This document shows positions 13,481-26,509 of a DNA stretch of 64,000 nucleotides, one piece after another. The stretch comes from Phoronis australis. Its lineage: Eukaryota > Animalia > Phoronida. The stretch is taken from the NCBI GenBank assembly GCA_002633005.1, contig NMRA01000161.1, forward strand, positions 262,101 through 326,100. Direction: 5' to 3'. How positions within the stretch are numbered: the first letter of the stretch is position 1; each line of letters starts with the position of its first letter. Under the pieces are notes generated by a model. That model saw only the letters and a list, made by a program, of their open reading frames with translations. It was not told the origin of the DNA and did not search any database. The translations under genes and the position numbers were made by a program.

Positions 13481-16400
13481 AAAAATCAAGACTTCGCGAG
13501 ATTACGTGAGATATTACCGTGCATTTTAAATGAGAACAAGTGACTTTGACTATTAGCTAGGTCCTAGCGTAGGCCCTAGGTCTACTGAACGCACGCTTGA
13601 TTTTCCTTAGGTCACGTGATTTGGCCACAGATGTCATATTGACCAGACTTCTAGATGTTTGCGATGTTGCGTCTTTTTTGTTTTATGAGTGGCTCATGGC
13701 AAAGGTTATACTTCAGTCACTCGCCACTCAACAACAATCATATCGTTGGCCTAATGGGTGAACGCAACGTAATTTAATGGCGTAACGTTAACCCATTTGG
13801 CCAACCATAAAATCACAACAATGTGTTTTTGACCCCGTTATGACGGTACCCCTTTAATCGAGATGAAAAATACCCACATATCAGTGAAACCCCAAAATGC
13901 AAATTACCAAGGTGCCTGAATGAAAATCACATGGAGCTCATCCTTGAAATCCATTGTTTTAGTTCATGTTTTGGAGTGGAATGTGTTAGGACAAATTAGC
14001 TTTTCAAATCACACGCGATAAAATGGACAGAATGAAGTTGATGCATTTCTTTTCCTGGGGGATTAGTCGTCCCCAACTGGTAGAAATGATAACTGCGTGG
14101 GTAAAAGGCAATGTCGGAATTCTGCAGCGGCATAGCAATACAGTCTTTTTGCAAGTTGTCATTGTGTCAGCGTGAAGCACATCCGTATTCTCATACATAT
14201 TGGTTTTGTGTACGTCTTCGCTGAAATTAATACGACACTGCTGTAAGTTAATATATACATGTAAGCAAACATATGCGGGTTCAGACAAGACAATCAAGCA
14301 CAACCAAAAGACATTACCCAAGACTGAGCTCCGAAATACACTTGGTTTGTCAACGTGTTACCTTACATGTTCAAGATACCGTGCCAAAGGCGTGCAAGAA
14401 CAAATATGATTAGGGTGTGCGTAAATGCCGTCCAAGCCTATTTACCCTCTAAGGGTAAGCATAAGTTTTTGTGCCACTAAGGTCCATGCTTACGTATACT
14501 TTAAATGAGTTTCGTGAAACCTCATGGTTACACTGAGTGTACATGTACATGTACCAGGCAATGCTACTGACGGAATTCGAATCATAAGTCAGAACCACTG
14601 AATTATACAGTGTACGCAAACGTGCGAACAAGTAATACATGTACCTAAGAACAGTAAAATCAACATGTCATTGGTCGTCATCAATAATTCGATGGTCGTC
14701 GATTCGATTTTTGTTCCAGCGGTTTGCTTTGAAGTTCGTGTACATGAATCTTTGTGTATGTGTGTGCCCAACAGCTTTTCCCCTTTTTGCCGCCCCAGGC
14801 AGGGTGAACTGACGGATAGCAGTTCATTTCTTTCCTCTAACAAAACCACAAAATATGAAACATTTGCAGGCAGTGATTAAACATAAAGCGTGATCACGAT
14901 GTAAAAAAAAAAAACAAAAATGCGCACAAATACAGGAAATTGGCAGCTTTCTATCCAAAACCACGAGTCGCTTGCGAATACTAGGCAGCAACAAACAACG
15001 CACCCAGAATGTCGAAACAATACATATTCCTGAATTACATAAAGTATCGGGTTTGCCGATACTCTTACCTTTGGATTTGTATCATGGTCCTCGATGCCTT
15101 TTTACTGAGCCTGAAAAGCATTTAAAATTTGCGAAACGTGTCTTGTCGGGCCCAAAAATATCTCTTTAGTAAAAAACAATCTCTCAAGTATACAATCACA
15201 TTTGATTGACACCGACCCTTGTTTCAGAAGTCATTACTACTACGGAAAACCTTACTCGGTAGTTACACATTGTTTACATCCTCAATGAAGAACACAGAAT
15301 GGATTGTCTGGTGATCATGAAATGTAGTAGAAGGTGACTACACCCTATTTCCAGTGGCTGTGCAATACGATTCATACACAAGTCGTAGTGGCAATTTCAA
15401 CTGAAATTGGGCACTGCAAAACCGATTTGCCTGGCACAACTTTTGCTATGACTAATTAGGATACATTTTTAATACTTTCTAGGGGAAAATTGAAACAAAT
15501 GTCAGTTTCTAGATTGGAAATCCCATGAAAAGTTTCGAAAGAAAAGAAAAAGCAGATTGCTTGAAGTTGATATGTTCCTCGGCAAAAATGACCAGGTTGT
15601 GACGTCATGAAGTGTAGCGTGGCAGTATGATGGGCGGAAACTTAATGGAAGGACTCTTTAACGACCAATTCTGTTTCGTCGGAATCAAAAACTTGGAGAA
15701 ATTCAGAAATACAATCCTAGAATAAAGAAAAAACTGCATCAGGTTGTTGATGACGAAGAAGTCCATATAGAGCGTGTATCGGAAATATAAAATTATATTA
15801 AATTAAGATATCTTTCGCAACTGATAATTTCAGTGGCGGAACTATGATATCACAAGGGTGGCGACTAACATTTTGTCTCGTAAACAATCGCGCAAAGCAC
15901 CGAATGGGGGGAGGTCAGGAGGGGGAGGGGGCACCTGCTTCTTTCCATAATGTTAATACACGTTTTTATATTTTGTGCAACCAGTTTATAGTAAAAGCTG
16001 TTTTGTTTCAAACTATCTTAAGTTGCCCAAAAGACCAAATTCAGTTTTCGTGTTGGCATTAACCACACGATTGCTTTGCAAATTGTCTTAATTTCAATGT
16101 TTGACAAAGAGAAAATTATGGGTTTCTGATGGATTCATCGAGGCTTCGATTGAAGTTTACATCTTACCAGCAGCTTCTGTTCCTTCATCGCCACTCAGCT
16201 TCTGTTTTCTTCATTGCACAGTGGAGCAGACGACGGAAACGGAGTGGTAATGCGCAGTGCATCTGCCGGTCGCCTTGGATATCACACTAATCTAACGTCG
16301 ACCCGGCCGGAGTGGCATTACTTTGCCACAGTAAGTTATCGTTAAGATTNACACAGACTAAAATTCCATTGTTAAATCTTGTTTCAGCCGTATAATATAA

Positions 16401-19400
16401 ATTACTGATGTTAATTAATAAACTCAGCATTTCCTTACGCTTTTGCTGTTTTATTCTTTGTGGCCGCCAAGGAAGGACTGGCCCCCACCCCCACCCCTAA
16501 ATCCGCCATGCAGTTCACGATTTTTGCCTACCTAAGCAGATTTTGAAAATAAAGCGGGGTGCTTGTGGTAACCCCGATTTTTGTTATGTACGTAAAGTAC
16601 ATGATTGTAGCCAACTCGTGATGTAATACATGTATCAGGAGTCACACCTTTTAGAAAAACATGTGAAACAGGGTGTGGAACATTCAAGGATCTGGCGTAA
16701 ATCAAGCCCATGAACTCTGCAAAAGGAGCAGGACGTTGTGCCGCTGTATTCAGCGAAGTGACAGACAACGGAGGAATGGGCGATTCGTCATGAATCACAA
16801 AAACACAGCGCAGTGTGTCGTTCTGAATCTAATCAAAGCCAACATTTTAAAAAAATATACCTCATTAACAATAATCTGTTTTGGGACGCAATAACGATAA
16901 CGTTCCTTAAAAGAACATAGATCACCAAGCACGGCAAAAGGTAACTCCAGTCACTTACTAAGTTAAAGTCAAAGGTTAGTGAGTGCAAACGTACAATTTG
17001 AATAGCTCAGTGCATACATACTGTTCAAATCTACTTAAATATGAAATTGATCGTCAAGGCCAGATGTTACGTTCTTTAGCCGTTGGCTCCTGATTACAAT
17101 GGAAGGAATATTGGCTTAACAAACGTAAAATCAGCTAAAGGATGATGATGGCAAATTAACCATCACTTTGTGTGTTGGCTTATGGGAGCTTGGTATACCA
17201 AAACGTGATGATCATGCAGTTAGTCTGAACTGTACACTATTACTGTCAGAACAAAGAGATAAAATTGGAATATTATACATTGGCAAGTTACCCAAGCAAC
17301 GCGGCTCACACGCTCATCACCGTATCCCCGCACTCATGATGAACAGGCTCACAGACTGCAAACTCTACTCACCCATAAACACGACTCCGCACGGCTCCTG
17401 GGCTGCAGGACCCCCGCACCTACATTGTGCAAGTAAAATGCGTCCCGTGGATACAGTGGCATGAATCTTAGTCGCCTGAGTTAGTAAGCATTGTTTTGAG
17501 GTCCGTAAACGGTATTGTGTGAGTGCGAGTTCCCGTTTGTGAGTCTGTGACTTGAGTTTTGATGAGGCCGGGGGAACATCAACCGATCACGTTTGATTCA
17601 AAAAGGTTTGTAAGGGGTTTGAGGACTCCGTTCTATTAAATGTGGATTAGTCCGTCTCAAATGACACATTTCGAGGGCAACTTCGATATTCACAAGCCTA
17701 CTTTAGTAACTGCAAAGGTTAATTCTAGTGGCATACTACGAAATTGAATGAACCTTCTGCAACTTGCTCCAAATTTCCAAAAAGTGAAAATTTGAATTCA
17801 TGCAATTTGAATTCGAAAGATTCCCTATGAGGTCATTTCATCTTTAACGAAAGAGGTAAGGCTAAGGTACTAGTACGAGAATACAGTAGTACGTGGGATA
17901 CATGTATGTATTGGTTACATAATCAATGTCAAAAATTTAAATACGTTTTAGAAAAATGTTTCTAACCATCTGTCCGGACGTGCAGGGAAATGTCCTAGCG
18001 AACTGGAACAAATATAACAATACAAGTCAAGAAAGTGCGTTGAGAAATTTAACACAATCAAATTCTCGAGAAAATGGGTTATTCTCATGCATCAGGGAAT
18101 AACTTTTTAAGTGCACTACTTTGCCTTGGGATACAGAGCACTGCATTAAATTAGTGTCGATAAAGTGGTGACTAGTAGCATGCATTATTGCCATGAAAAC
18201 ACAAGGGGCATTCTAGTCTTGAACAAGCTCCCAACCGGTTGCGCATTGTTGTGCTAAACAATGACACTATTCAGTGCGTTTTTGTCTCGGGCAGTGTTGG
18301 CATGCGCCCGCAACCGCGTTGTCATGACGGCGTCGTGACCACTTATATGTATCTCGTAAAGACAACGCCTTCTACGTAACAGTAGGCTAACAGCGATGCA
18401 ATTTGAAGCCCTTCTTTCAATGCTTGTGTAAGACGCGTTTAATATGCCCGAGGTATAACAAATATTGTTATGACTCAAAAGTGTTCAGTATTTTACAACC
18501 GATGGTGGAAGTACAGTGTAGGAACTTGTGCGCTAAATACAATGTACATGTACACTCGGTGCCGACGGCTGACGACAATCGGAGGCTGTGGTCGGTGATA
18601 AGACATGTGTGAGAATATTTGCAGGCGAAGCATTTTGTTGCTTTTAGTGTCAAAGTTCCCTTTTCTTTTCCACGCGCGAGATGGCGAGAGAGAACTAAGC
18701 TACCACAAGGGGTCAGAAATCACCTGCAATCGCCCAAGCAAATGCCAGTCAACCCTGGACATTGTCATAATTGACAATTAAAACTGAAGGCGAATTCTTC
18801 ATAAGACATGGCAAATATGGATGTAGAGGCAAAGAAAACTGAAATTGCCATGTAGCACGAGCCCATCCAAAAACTGGACGCCAATCGTGCTAGCTCATCA
18901 ACAAGGAGACATTTCCAAACATAAATATCCAGAAAGAATCTTATTCACTGAAAGAAGTGGGGGCTTAAGCACTTGGGGCGCCATAGTAATCGGATATCTC
19001 GGCAGTAAAATCAACGGCAGATATTCTCCTCAGTAGGGTCACATGTTTTTAAACCCCACGGTATACATCAAACATTGAGAAGCGCGTGAACAAAACTTAA
19101 TAACTATAGATCTGTAGAACAACAAGGACAGCCGTGCTCTCACACCAGTTTAAGTTGAGGCAGACGCAAATAAAACATTTTCTCAAGGGGGCGTGACACA
19201 GTTGTCTGACCAGAATGAAAATAACAGCACGCATGTTCTCCTTAATAAGATCAGACCGAATAAAGGTCTTAAAGAGATATTACAGAACTAGGTAGATATT
19301 GAGAAAACCGTGAAGAAAACTAAATTTGTCACTTGGGGACGCCTGAGCTTCCGAAAATTAATGTCAGATATGCTCTTCTCAATACGAGCAAAGCTGACAC

Positions 19401-22400
19401 CTACCACGATGATTTGTTGAAGCGGAGTGGTTGCTAGGGACGCATATAGAGACAACAAATACGCAAACACGTTTTAAAAAGCCACTAACTGTCGCGCATC
19501 ATAGCGGTCAAATCTACCCTGAAGCTCCTCCTTGATGGTAGCGTTTGCCCAAAATCATAAGCATCTATCAATGAGCCTCGGTATATGCTGAAACACACGC
19601 CAAAAGTCTCAAAACTCCGTCCAAAGGACGTCACTCGTTGCAATGCCAGCGCCATCAGTAGGGAATCCATGAAGATCCATCTAGGAACATGGTGGACAAC
19701 GAAGTCTTTCTCCACAGCCTTACAATAATTGGTCCGATATATAGTCACTCTCGATCGGCGATTTAGCAGAAATTCTGACAAGGTTTCAAAGTTAGCGTTT
19801 TATTTTTTCGATTCCTATAAACAGTATTTTATATCAAGGATTCAAGGTATTTTGTCGTAGTTATAACAGACTAAGTTGGGTTTAATGTCCTATAATTATT
19901 ATTGATAACTTTATAACAAGTTTATGAACTAGTGACAATCCACTGCCACGTACATGTATATTGTGATTAACATCCTGTGGAAATGATCAATTACATAAAA
20001 AGATGCGATATGCATGTACAGTACTTCCGACTGGACTGGTGTGAGTACAGCTGATTGTTTTACCAGTGCTAGATCAGACATGTATCAGAATGTTACTAAG
20101 TAGGCGCGTTTTTTACAAAAACTACCAACCAAATTTAGAGTCAACGTATGTGTTTCTGTCTTGTTCAATGCTAAAGTGATCTTGCAAACTAGGAATACTA
20201 GCCCGACAAAATATATCACAATTTTTTTCGCACGATCATGGAACATGAAATTTTAGACCCCGACCACGGCATCTATGGATAAAGCAATCACAACCCTTCC
20301 TACCAAGGGCCTCTTCAGAGATCAATTGCTATCACGGGGAGGAATATTTTGTCCTTTACAAATTAAGGAGATAAATGTTTCGTCTCTCTTTTTTCAATTC
20401 GAATAGTTGTTAGTTAATATGGACACCTCCGGAAATCGCAATGGCATTATTTCCAGGTTGTCATCCACTCTCTTACGTTCAACCGCTGTTACCTGGGGTT
20501 CATTGACTTAGTTTATTTTACCCTACTCTTACTTGGACAAAAAGTGGAAAAGAAATATTGGTTTAGAAAATTCTATTAAGGTTATTATGAAGTCATTATC
20601 GACTGTTAAAAATTGAAAAGACTGGAAACTTTAAAAACAAAAGAGTACTAGCCTATTTGCGTATACAGTATTTTAAAAAAATCGACATTATCGACCAAAA
20701 GAATGATGTTTTGAGATCGGCCTTAGCGTAGAATCAAGCCTGCAACCTTTGCAGTCGCAGTCAAAACCTCTACTGGCGGAGATGAACTACTATCTATCAA
20801 TGGCAGTCGTTTCAGCGTATTGCACCGGTAATGTCAACGGCCTCGTTTTCAGCGAACGTCTGTGAGACAACGGCGAGAAGTGATTGTGTGTAACAAAAAC
20901 GCAATAACACAACTGGTTGCGTTGTTTTATAGCTCGAATCAAAGTTAATATCTTTAAGAGATGTGACCGATACAACAAGAATTCCAAAATTGCGATTTCG
21001 TCCGCAGAACCGACAATGTGCCATTAATTAGCAATATTTTCCAAATTTCAGATTTAGAAATATATGAGAAAGAGTTCTAAATGATAGTTTAATATTAAAA
21101 GTCTGAAGTTTTTTAGCCTGTCTGCATGTATATTATTGAGACATTGAACCAAAAACCAACAGAGTAAGAAGTAAATTGGGTGGCAGTTGTGACTCAATAA
21201 AATGCGCCATCTTTGTCTAAAAAGCAACATGGGTATAAATAATCTGTTTATTCCACGTCCAAATGCAAATCATCCGCCTGGTATAAATTCATAGATTTGT
21301 GATCATTCCAAGGTTATTTCTCGATGTACGAAGGTTTCAGGTGCCTCAAAGAGTAAATTTCATTCTGTCAACAAATTGTTTCCTGTAATCTGTGGGAAAT
21401 AATACAACTAAATTCAAATTTCATACATCAAATATGGTAAATTACTAGACAACCACGAGATGTTAATCATAGCTTCACCCTAACAATTACTGAGCATTGT
21501 GACCAATTCTCTCTGAAGAGGCGTAAATTATACATCGTCATTAGTTTACGTCATAATACGTGAGCAATCTCCCATATTTCTATACCGTCACACAATCCAC
21601 CAATAAGTTCGGTGATTGCGCACCAAAAGGGGTGTAAAAGAACGATACCGCATCTGAAAAGTCCATTTTCACAACATTTCTCCGTTTTACCAATTGGTAC
21701 TTACAACTGCAGCAAATCAACAGCCGTCAAATCTTCACGATTCCGTCTGTAAGTCCATATATTGATCAACGGAATCAAGACGGTACAGAACTCAAGATGT
21801 AATTTCAGACTAAATTGCTCGAAGCATTAGTTGTGTATAAAATGCATGCATAAGGGATGTTCTGGGAAATATTTCCATGTGTGAAAACTACAACCGTTTT
21901 CGTCAGAGGAAATACACCCACATAGGACCAAGTGAAAAGTGTAAGGAAAGGTTAAGTACGAGTGACCTTGCGTACATTCACGGCTTTCTTTGCAGTTTAG
22001 ACACGCACACGTGCACATACATTGCATATTTTACTAGAGGTTTCAGCAGAAATACGTGCCTGACTTTTATCTCTGTTCAACTTGGTGCGCTGAGGAAAAT
22101 CAGTCGGGAAACAGTTGACAGCCGTGCTGTATGTTTATATGGTCCACCAAACCGCATTTAGATGACTAAAGCAAGGTTGTCTTGTTTGCTGTTTAGCGAC
22201 TTATTACTTGTAGTATTAGACCAATGATACATTCATTTACCTCAAAAGATGGATTTGATTGGCAGATTTTAATAGTAAAAGCAAAACCAATACATTAAAC
22301 ACGGATTAACTGACAAATGAAATTTCTAGAATTGATTGCAACATTTCCTACATGTATATCATTTAATCAAAACGGACAACTATTTAATAAGATTTGTCTG

Positions 22401-24320
22401 CACGCCTGTACATATATGCACTGCTGTTTCCAGTCAGCTGCTTTGCATTGGTACCAGGAATTGATTGTGCGTGTACAATGTAGTTCCAAACAACACAGCA
22501 ATATTTTCATCCAGCCGTGCATACAATTTTTCCAAAACTCTCCAAGATACCACTGCGAATACCTGTGGAGTAATCCAATTCTTTGAGTCGGTTCCAACGA
22601 AAAAATACTCTAAAGCTACTCTATCGATATCAGCAATAGGGCATATTTGTACTTTTTGTCAAAAATCTTGTTTGTGTTAGAGTAAAAATTTTAAGACTGC
22701 GCTACATGGCGTCGGGAAGAATCGGCACTTTCGCGAAAATATTAAGTGTATACAATTAAAGAAAATACATGAACTTTAAGGGTAGTGTATTTAAAAATTG
22801 AAAAACCTCGTTGTTTCTATTAGTACCGTCACTTACTTCTCTTCGTTGACATCAAACTGAAAGTTGTACAGATGTTAGATTTGACATAATGCAGAAATTC
22901 ATCGATTCGGTTTAGCTTTTCGGGCAAAATATAGGGACAGAATCGCTTTTAATCTTGAAAACCCCAACTAAAGGATTACTGTTGAATGGGATACATACAT
23001 ATGGTCTTCAGTTTTGAAGTTAGTCGATCAAACCAGAGCTACAAAACAATAAAATCCGGTGCGCATTGTGTTTTGTGATTTTACATACGTGTACAATTGA
23101 CCTGTCGATAGGGGGCGGAGCTTATGATAGGTCAATTGGATAATTCTTAACTGTCTAACAGCCACTCCTCAAATCAAGGCAGGTAAGTTTCTTAAACGAG
23201 TGCGATGTACCTCGGTTAGCTGGGGCTTTGGCTGCTACGCAAAAGTTTCAGGCTAGATTCTGGGGCTCAGATCTCGATGAAGTAATGTTATCGCCGATGA
23301 TTTCACTATGTCAAAACAAAAAATCTCAGAATAACCGTGGTTAATATTTTCAGCAGTCAATTTTTGTATCGTCCGGTCTTTTTGAAGCTAAGTACAACGA
23401 ATACACAAGGATTAATAGTTACTAATATTTAAATATTCCCTGAAAACGAGCAATTCTGAATCGACAGAACCCTTTATCACTGTACTCGAAATCGAGGTCC
23501 TTTTGACATTTTCCTTCTACTTTAAGACGAACTCAACATAACTGTTTATTATTCTCTCGACCTTCACTTTATTATGGTTCACGCACATGAGTGTCTAGTT
23601 CGAGTTCGCACTTGATGACCCTCACGATACAAACCTGAGTAAAAACGTGAAATTCCCGTTCAGACTTTCAGCTTTAATGCTGGGGTCACCAAATGCAACC
23701 TAAGGTTTGACATTCATTCACGCAAACCACGACGTGCTCGAGCACAGAGTTTTGTACAAACACATGGGAGATGTTCAAAGTAAGTTCAAGTAAAAAATAA
23801 GACCACGGGTCCATTTTCGTTACTGGACAGAAACACTCAGTCCGGGCTTCTATTTTACCATTTCAGGTTTTAAGGAATAAGGGTATCAATATTTCCGTAA
23901 TCGTTTTCAGTCTCAAGCTGTACAACTATTTGTTTTTATGAGCACACGACATAAATCGTTTTTGCGTTAAATCTGTTTTCATTCACACACGCTCATACAT
24001 GTACATGTACAATATACATGTAGTCACCGAGTTACGAGGAGACGCCTTCATACAATGCCTGGTTGTCCGCCAGTGAACCGGGTCTTACGAACGGGTCTCA
24101 AGCTCAAGCCACTGCGCCAGACAGTTTATACAAGCGTCAACTAGAGTTGGCTTTATGGCCGATATGTGACCAGTTAAGTTTAACTAGTGCTGCTCTCTTT
24201 CGGCCTTGATTCTGTTTAACAAGCATGGCTTCCTGTTGAACATGTTTTCTAGCCGAGTAATGGGGTTATTCGACAATCTTTACATTACTAGAGGGCGCGT
24301 GTGTACTAATGGTGATAGAT

Positions 24321-25319
24321 TTCATTACGAAAAAGTCCAATAGGTTTTCCTATTGGATTCCTATAGGAATTCCTGTAGAATTTTCTATAGGAATTCCTAT
24401 TGCATCCTAAAGGAAGTCCTATAGGATTCCTATAGGATCATTTAGGATTCCTATATGATTTCCTATTGGATCCTATAGGAAATCCAATAGGATCCTATAG
24501 GTATCATTTAGGATATCCTAAAGAAAATCCTATAGCAATTCTTATAAGACTTTTAAGACATCCGTTAGGATTTCCCATCATGATATTTTCAATGCATACG
24601 TAATTCAATAAAACAACAGTGGAACTCAGGTAACCTCAAAGTTCTTGTAGAGCAGTCTACTCTGTTCTTAACTAAGGTTTACAGCAGCATATCTATATAT
24701 GTTACAATTAAATGGTGCACTAAACTGGGGCTACAAAAGATCCGTGTGTTCTTTTTTGCTTTTTCAAAACATGTTAAAGTAACTTGATATGTTAATTTTG
24801 AATGCTACAGGCTTTTATATGTTGTTCTCTGAGCCAATGCTGTAAGCTTATGTCGAGTGTTTTACATGTAATTGCTGTAAAGATAACTGTTCAGTGACAC
24901 CTGTCCAGTTGAGAAACTGTCCATTTTGGCCACTAAGCCATACACATAATCAAAACGTTTCCTTAGAAGTTTAGACACAACATTATAATCTACAACACCA
25001 GAAATTAAACAGTTATAATGACAGCTATATAGTTTACCATTTTATGTTATGTTTTAAGAGAATTTCATCTACAGGAAATTCAGTAGGATTCTATAAGTTC
25101 AATAAGATCCTATAGGAAGTTCATTGGTTTCATTAGGGAATCCTATCGGATCCAATACGAAATCCTATAGGATCCAATGGGAAATTCTACAGGATTCCTA
25201 CAGGAAGTCATATAGGTAATCTATAGGAGCCAATAGGAAATCCTGTAGGATCCTACAAGAATTCCTATAGGATCCTATAGGAAATCCTATAGGATGCTAT
25301 TGAATATTTTTGTATGAGT
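24321..25319. mobile_element. ~1-kb non-autonomous TIR element with subterminal (ATTCCTATAGGA)-like palindromic arrays (CACTA/EnSpm-like, tentative)
   Basis: Arrays at ~24335-24575 and ~25065-25300 with degenerate inverted ends. The empty site is seen in the paralogous segment at ~26070. Confidence 0.65.
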
Positions 25320-26108
25320 TAAGCAGCCTTGATTTCGCAAGCCCTTTAATTCATGATGAAATTACTTGCAGCCGTGCCAACTGAATCTGAGATTGCGTGA
25401 AAAGGGTGCTTCTACGACAGGATATAAGCATGACCTTATACAAAGGTAAGGTTTGTGTTTCTTTTAACGACTATCCCATGTTTACAATACCGATACCTGT
25501 TCATTGAGGTACTGGCCGATGTTGACTGATGTGTGTTGACACTTAACGTACATGGGCGGCACAGCACTGAGAAAAGTGGGGAGCTAGAGCCCCACAGCCA
25601 CCCTGTAGACCATGATCGCTGGAACACTGAAAAAAGCTCATTGGTTCCCTGCGTGCCGCTAGGTGGTAGCCAGCACGCAGGTATAGCAGGCAGTAGCATG
25701 CCGCGCTTTATGATTGGTTGATGTAACCTCGGCAGTCATTGATTAGCTTTACAACAAATTTAAACAATGGCGGACCACGAACGATTTTCAGCCTTGTCAT
25801 GCAATTGGCGTAGCAGCAACTTTTTCTTTTCTGCAGTAATGTTTAACAGCCGAGTGCTTGAAGCTCATGCATGTACAATGAAACACGTAGGCCTATGCCA
25901 TCATCTGGCCGACTTAACTAGTGTGTTATTTGTGCTGTAATAATACAAGACAGCAACGTAAACAAAGGTCAGCGACAGTAGAAAGATGCACTCCTAAAAG
26001 AAGCAACCACAGTGGGGCTATTCGGAAAATTTACATTAACTAGAGGGCGCGCGTGTACTAGTGGTGATAGATAAGCAGCCTCGATTTCGCGAGCCCTTTA
26101 AAAACCTG

Positions 26109-26509
26109 GGCCCGGTCTCCAATCTTTTTACTCGAAATGGAACTCGAAATTAGGTTTGGCATTTTTTACTCTACTTTTGGGCGAACTCAAGATAAGTGTC
26201 TATTATTCTATGCTCGAGTACACAATAACTTACGTAGATAATTTACTGCCCTTAGTTCACAGTTTGTAAACCCAATATTAAAACAATGAGTTCGAGTTTG
26301 AACTCGAAATTTCGAGTTTTTACTCGAGTTTGTAGCACGAATATAAGGGTCTTCAAGGGCAAACTTGAGCTAGAAGCTCCTATGCATAAACTATAATGTA
26401 TTCGAGCACAATCTGATAACCAATTATCTTAAGTTTGCACAAAAGGAGCAGAGAAATTGCCAAAAATAGTTTCGAGTTCGTTTCGAGTACAAAGATTAGA
26501 GACCAGGCC
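26109..26509. mobile_element. 401-bp PIF/Harbinger-like MITE (copy 1)
   Basis: TIR GGCCCGGTCTC(C/T)AATC and CTG TSD. Near-identical to 63051-63451. Confidence 0.85.

Noticed and set aside
18800-19790. Possible decayed LINE ORF1 (SGNH-like) sequence
   Set aside because: Many stops and only vague motif resemblance; cannot be supported without a search.
21707-22857. Two minus-strand micro-exon candidates joining to an ankyrin-like FDVNEEKRNREDLTAVDLL
   Set aside because: Too short, no further compatible exons found, and compatible with chance.
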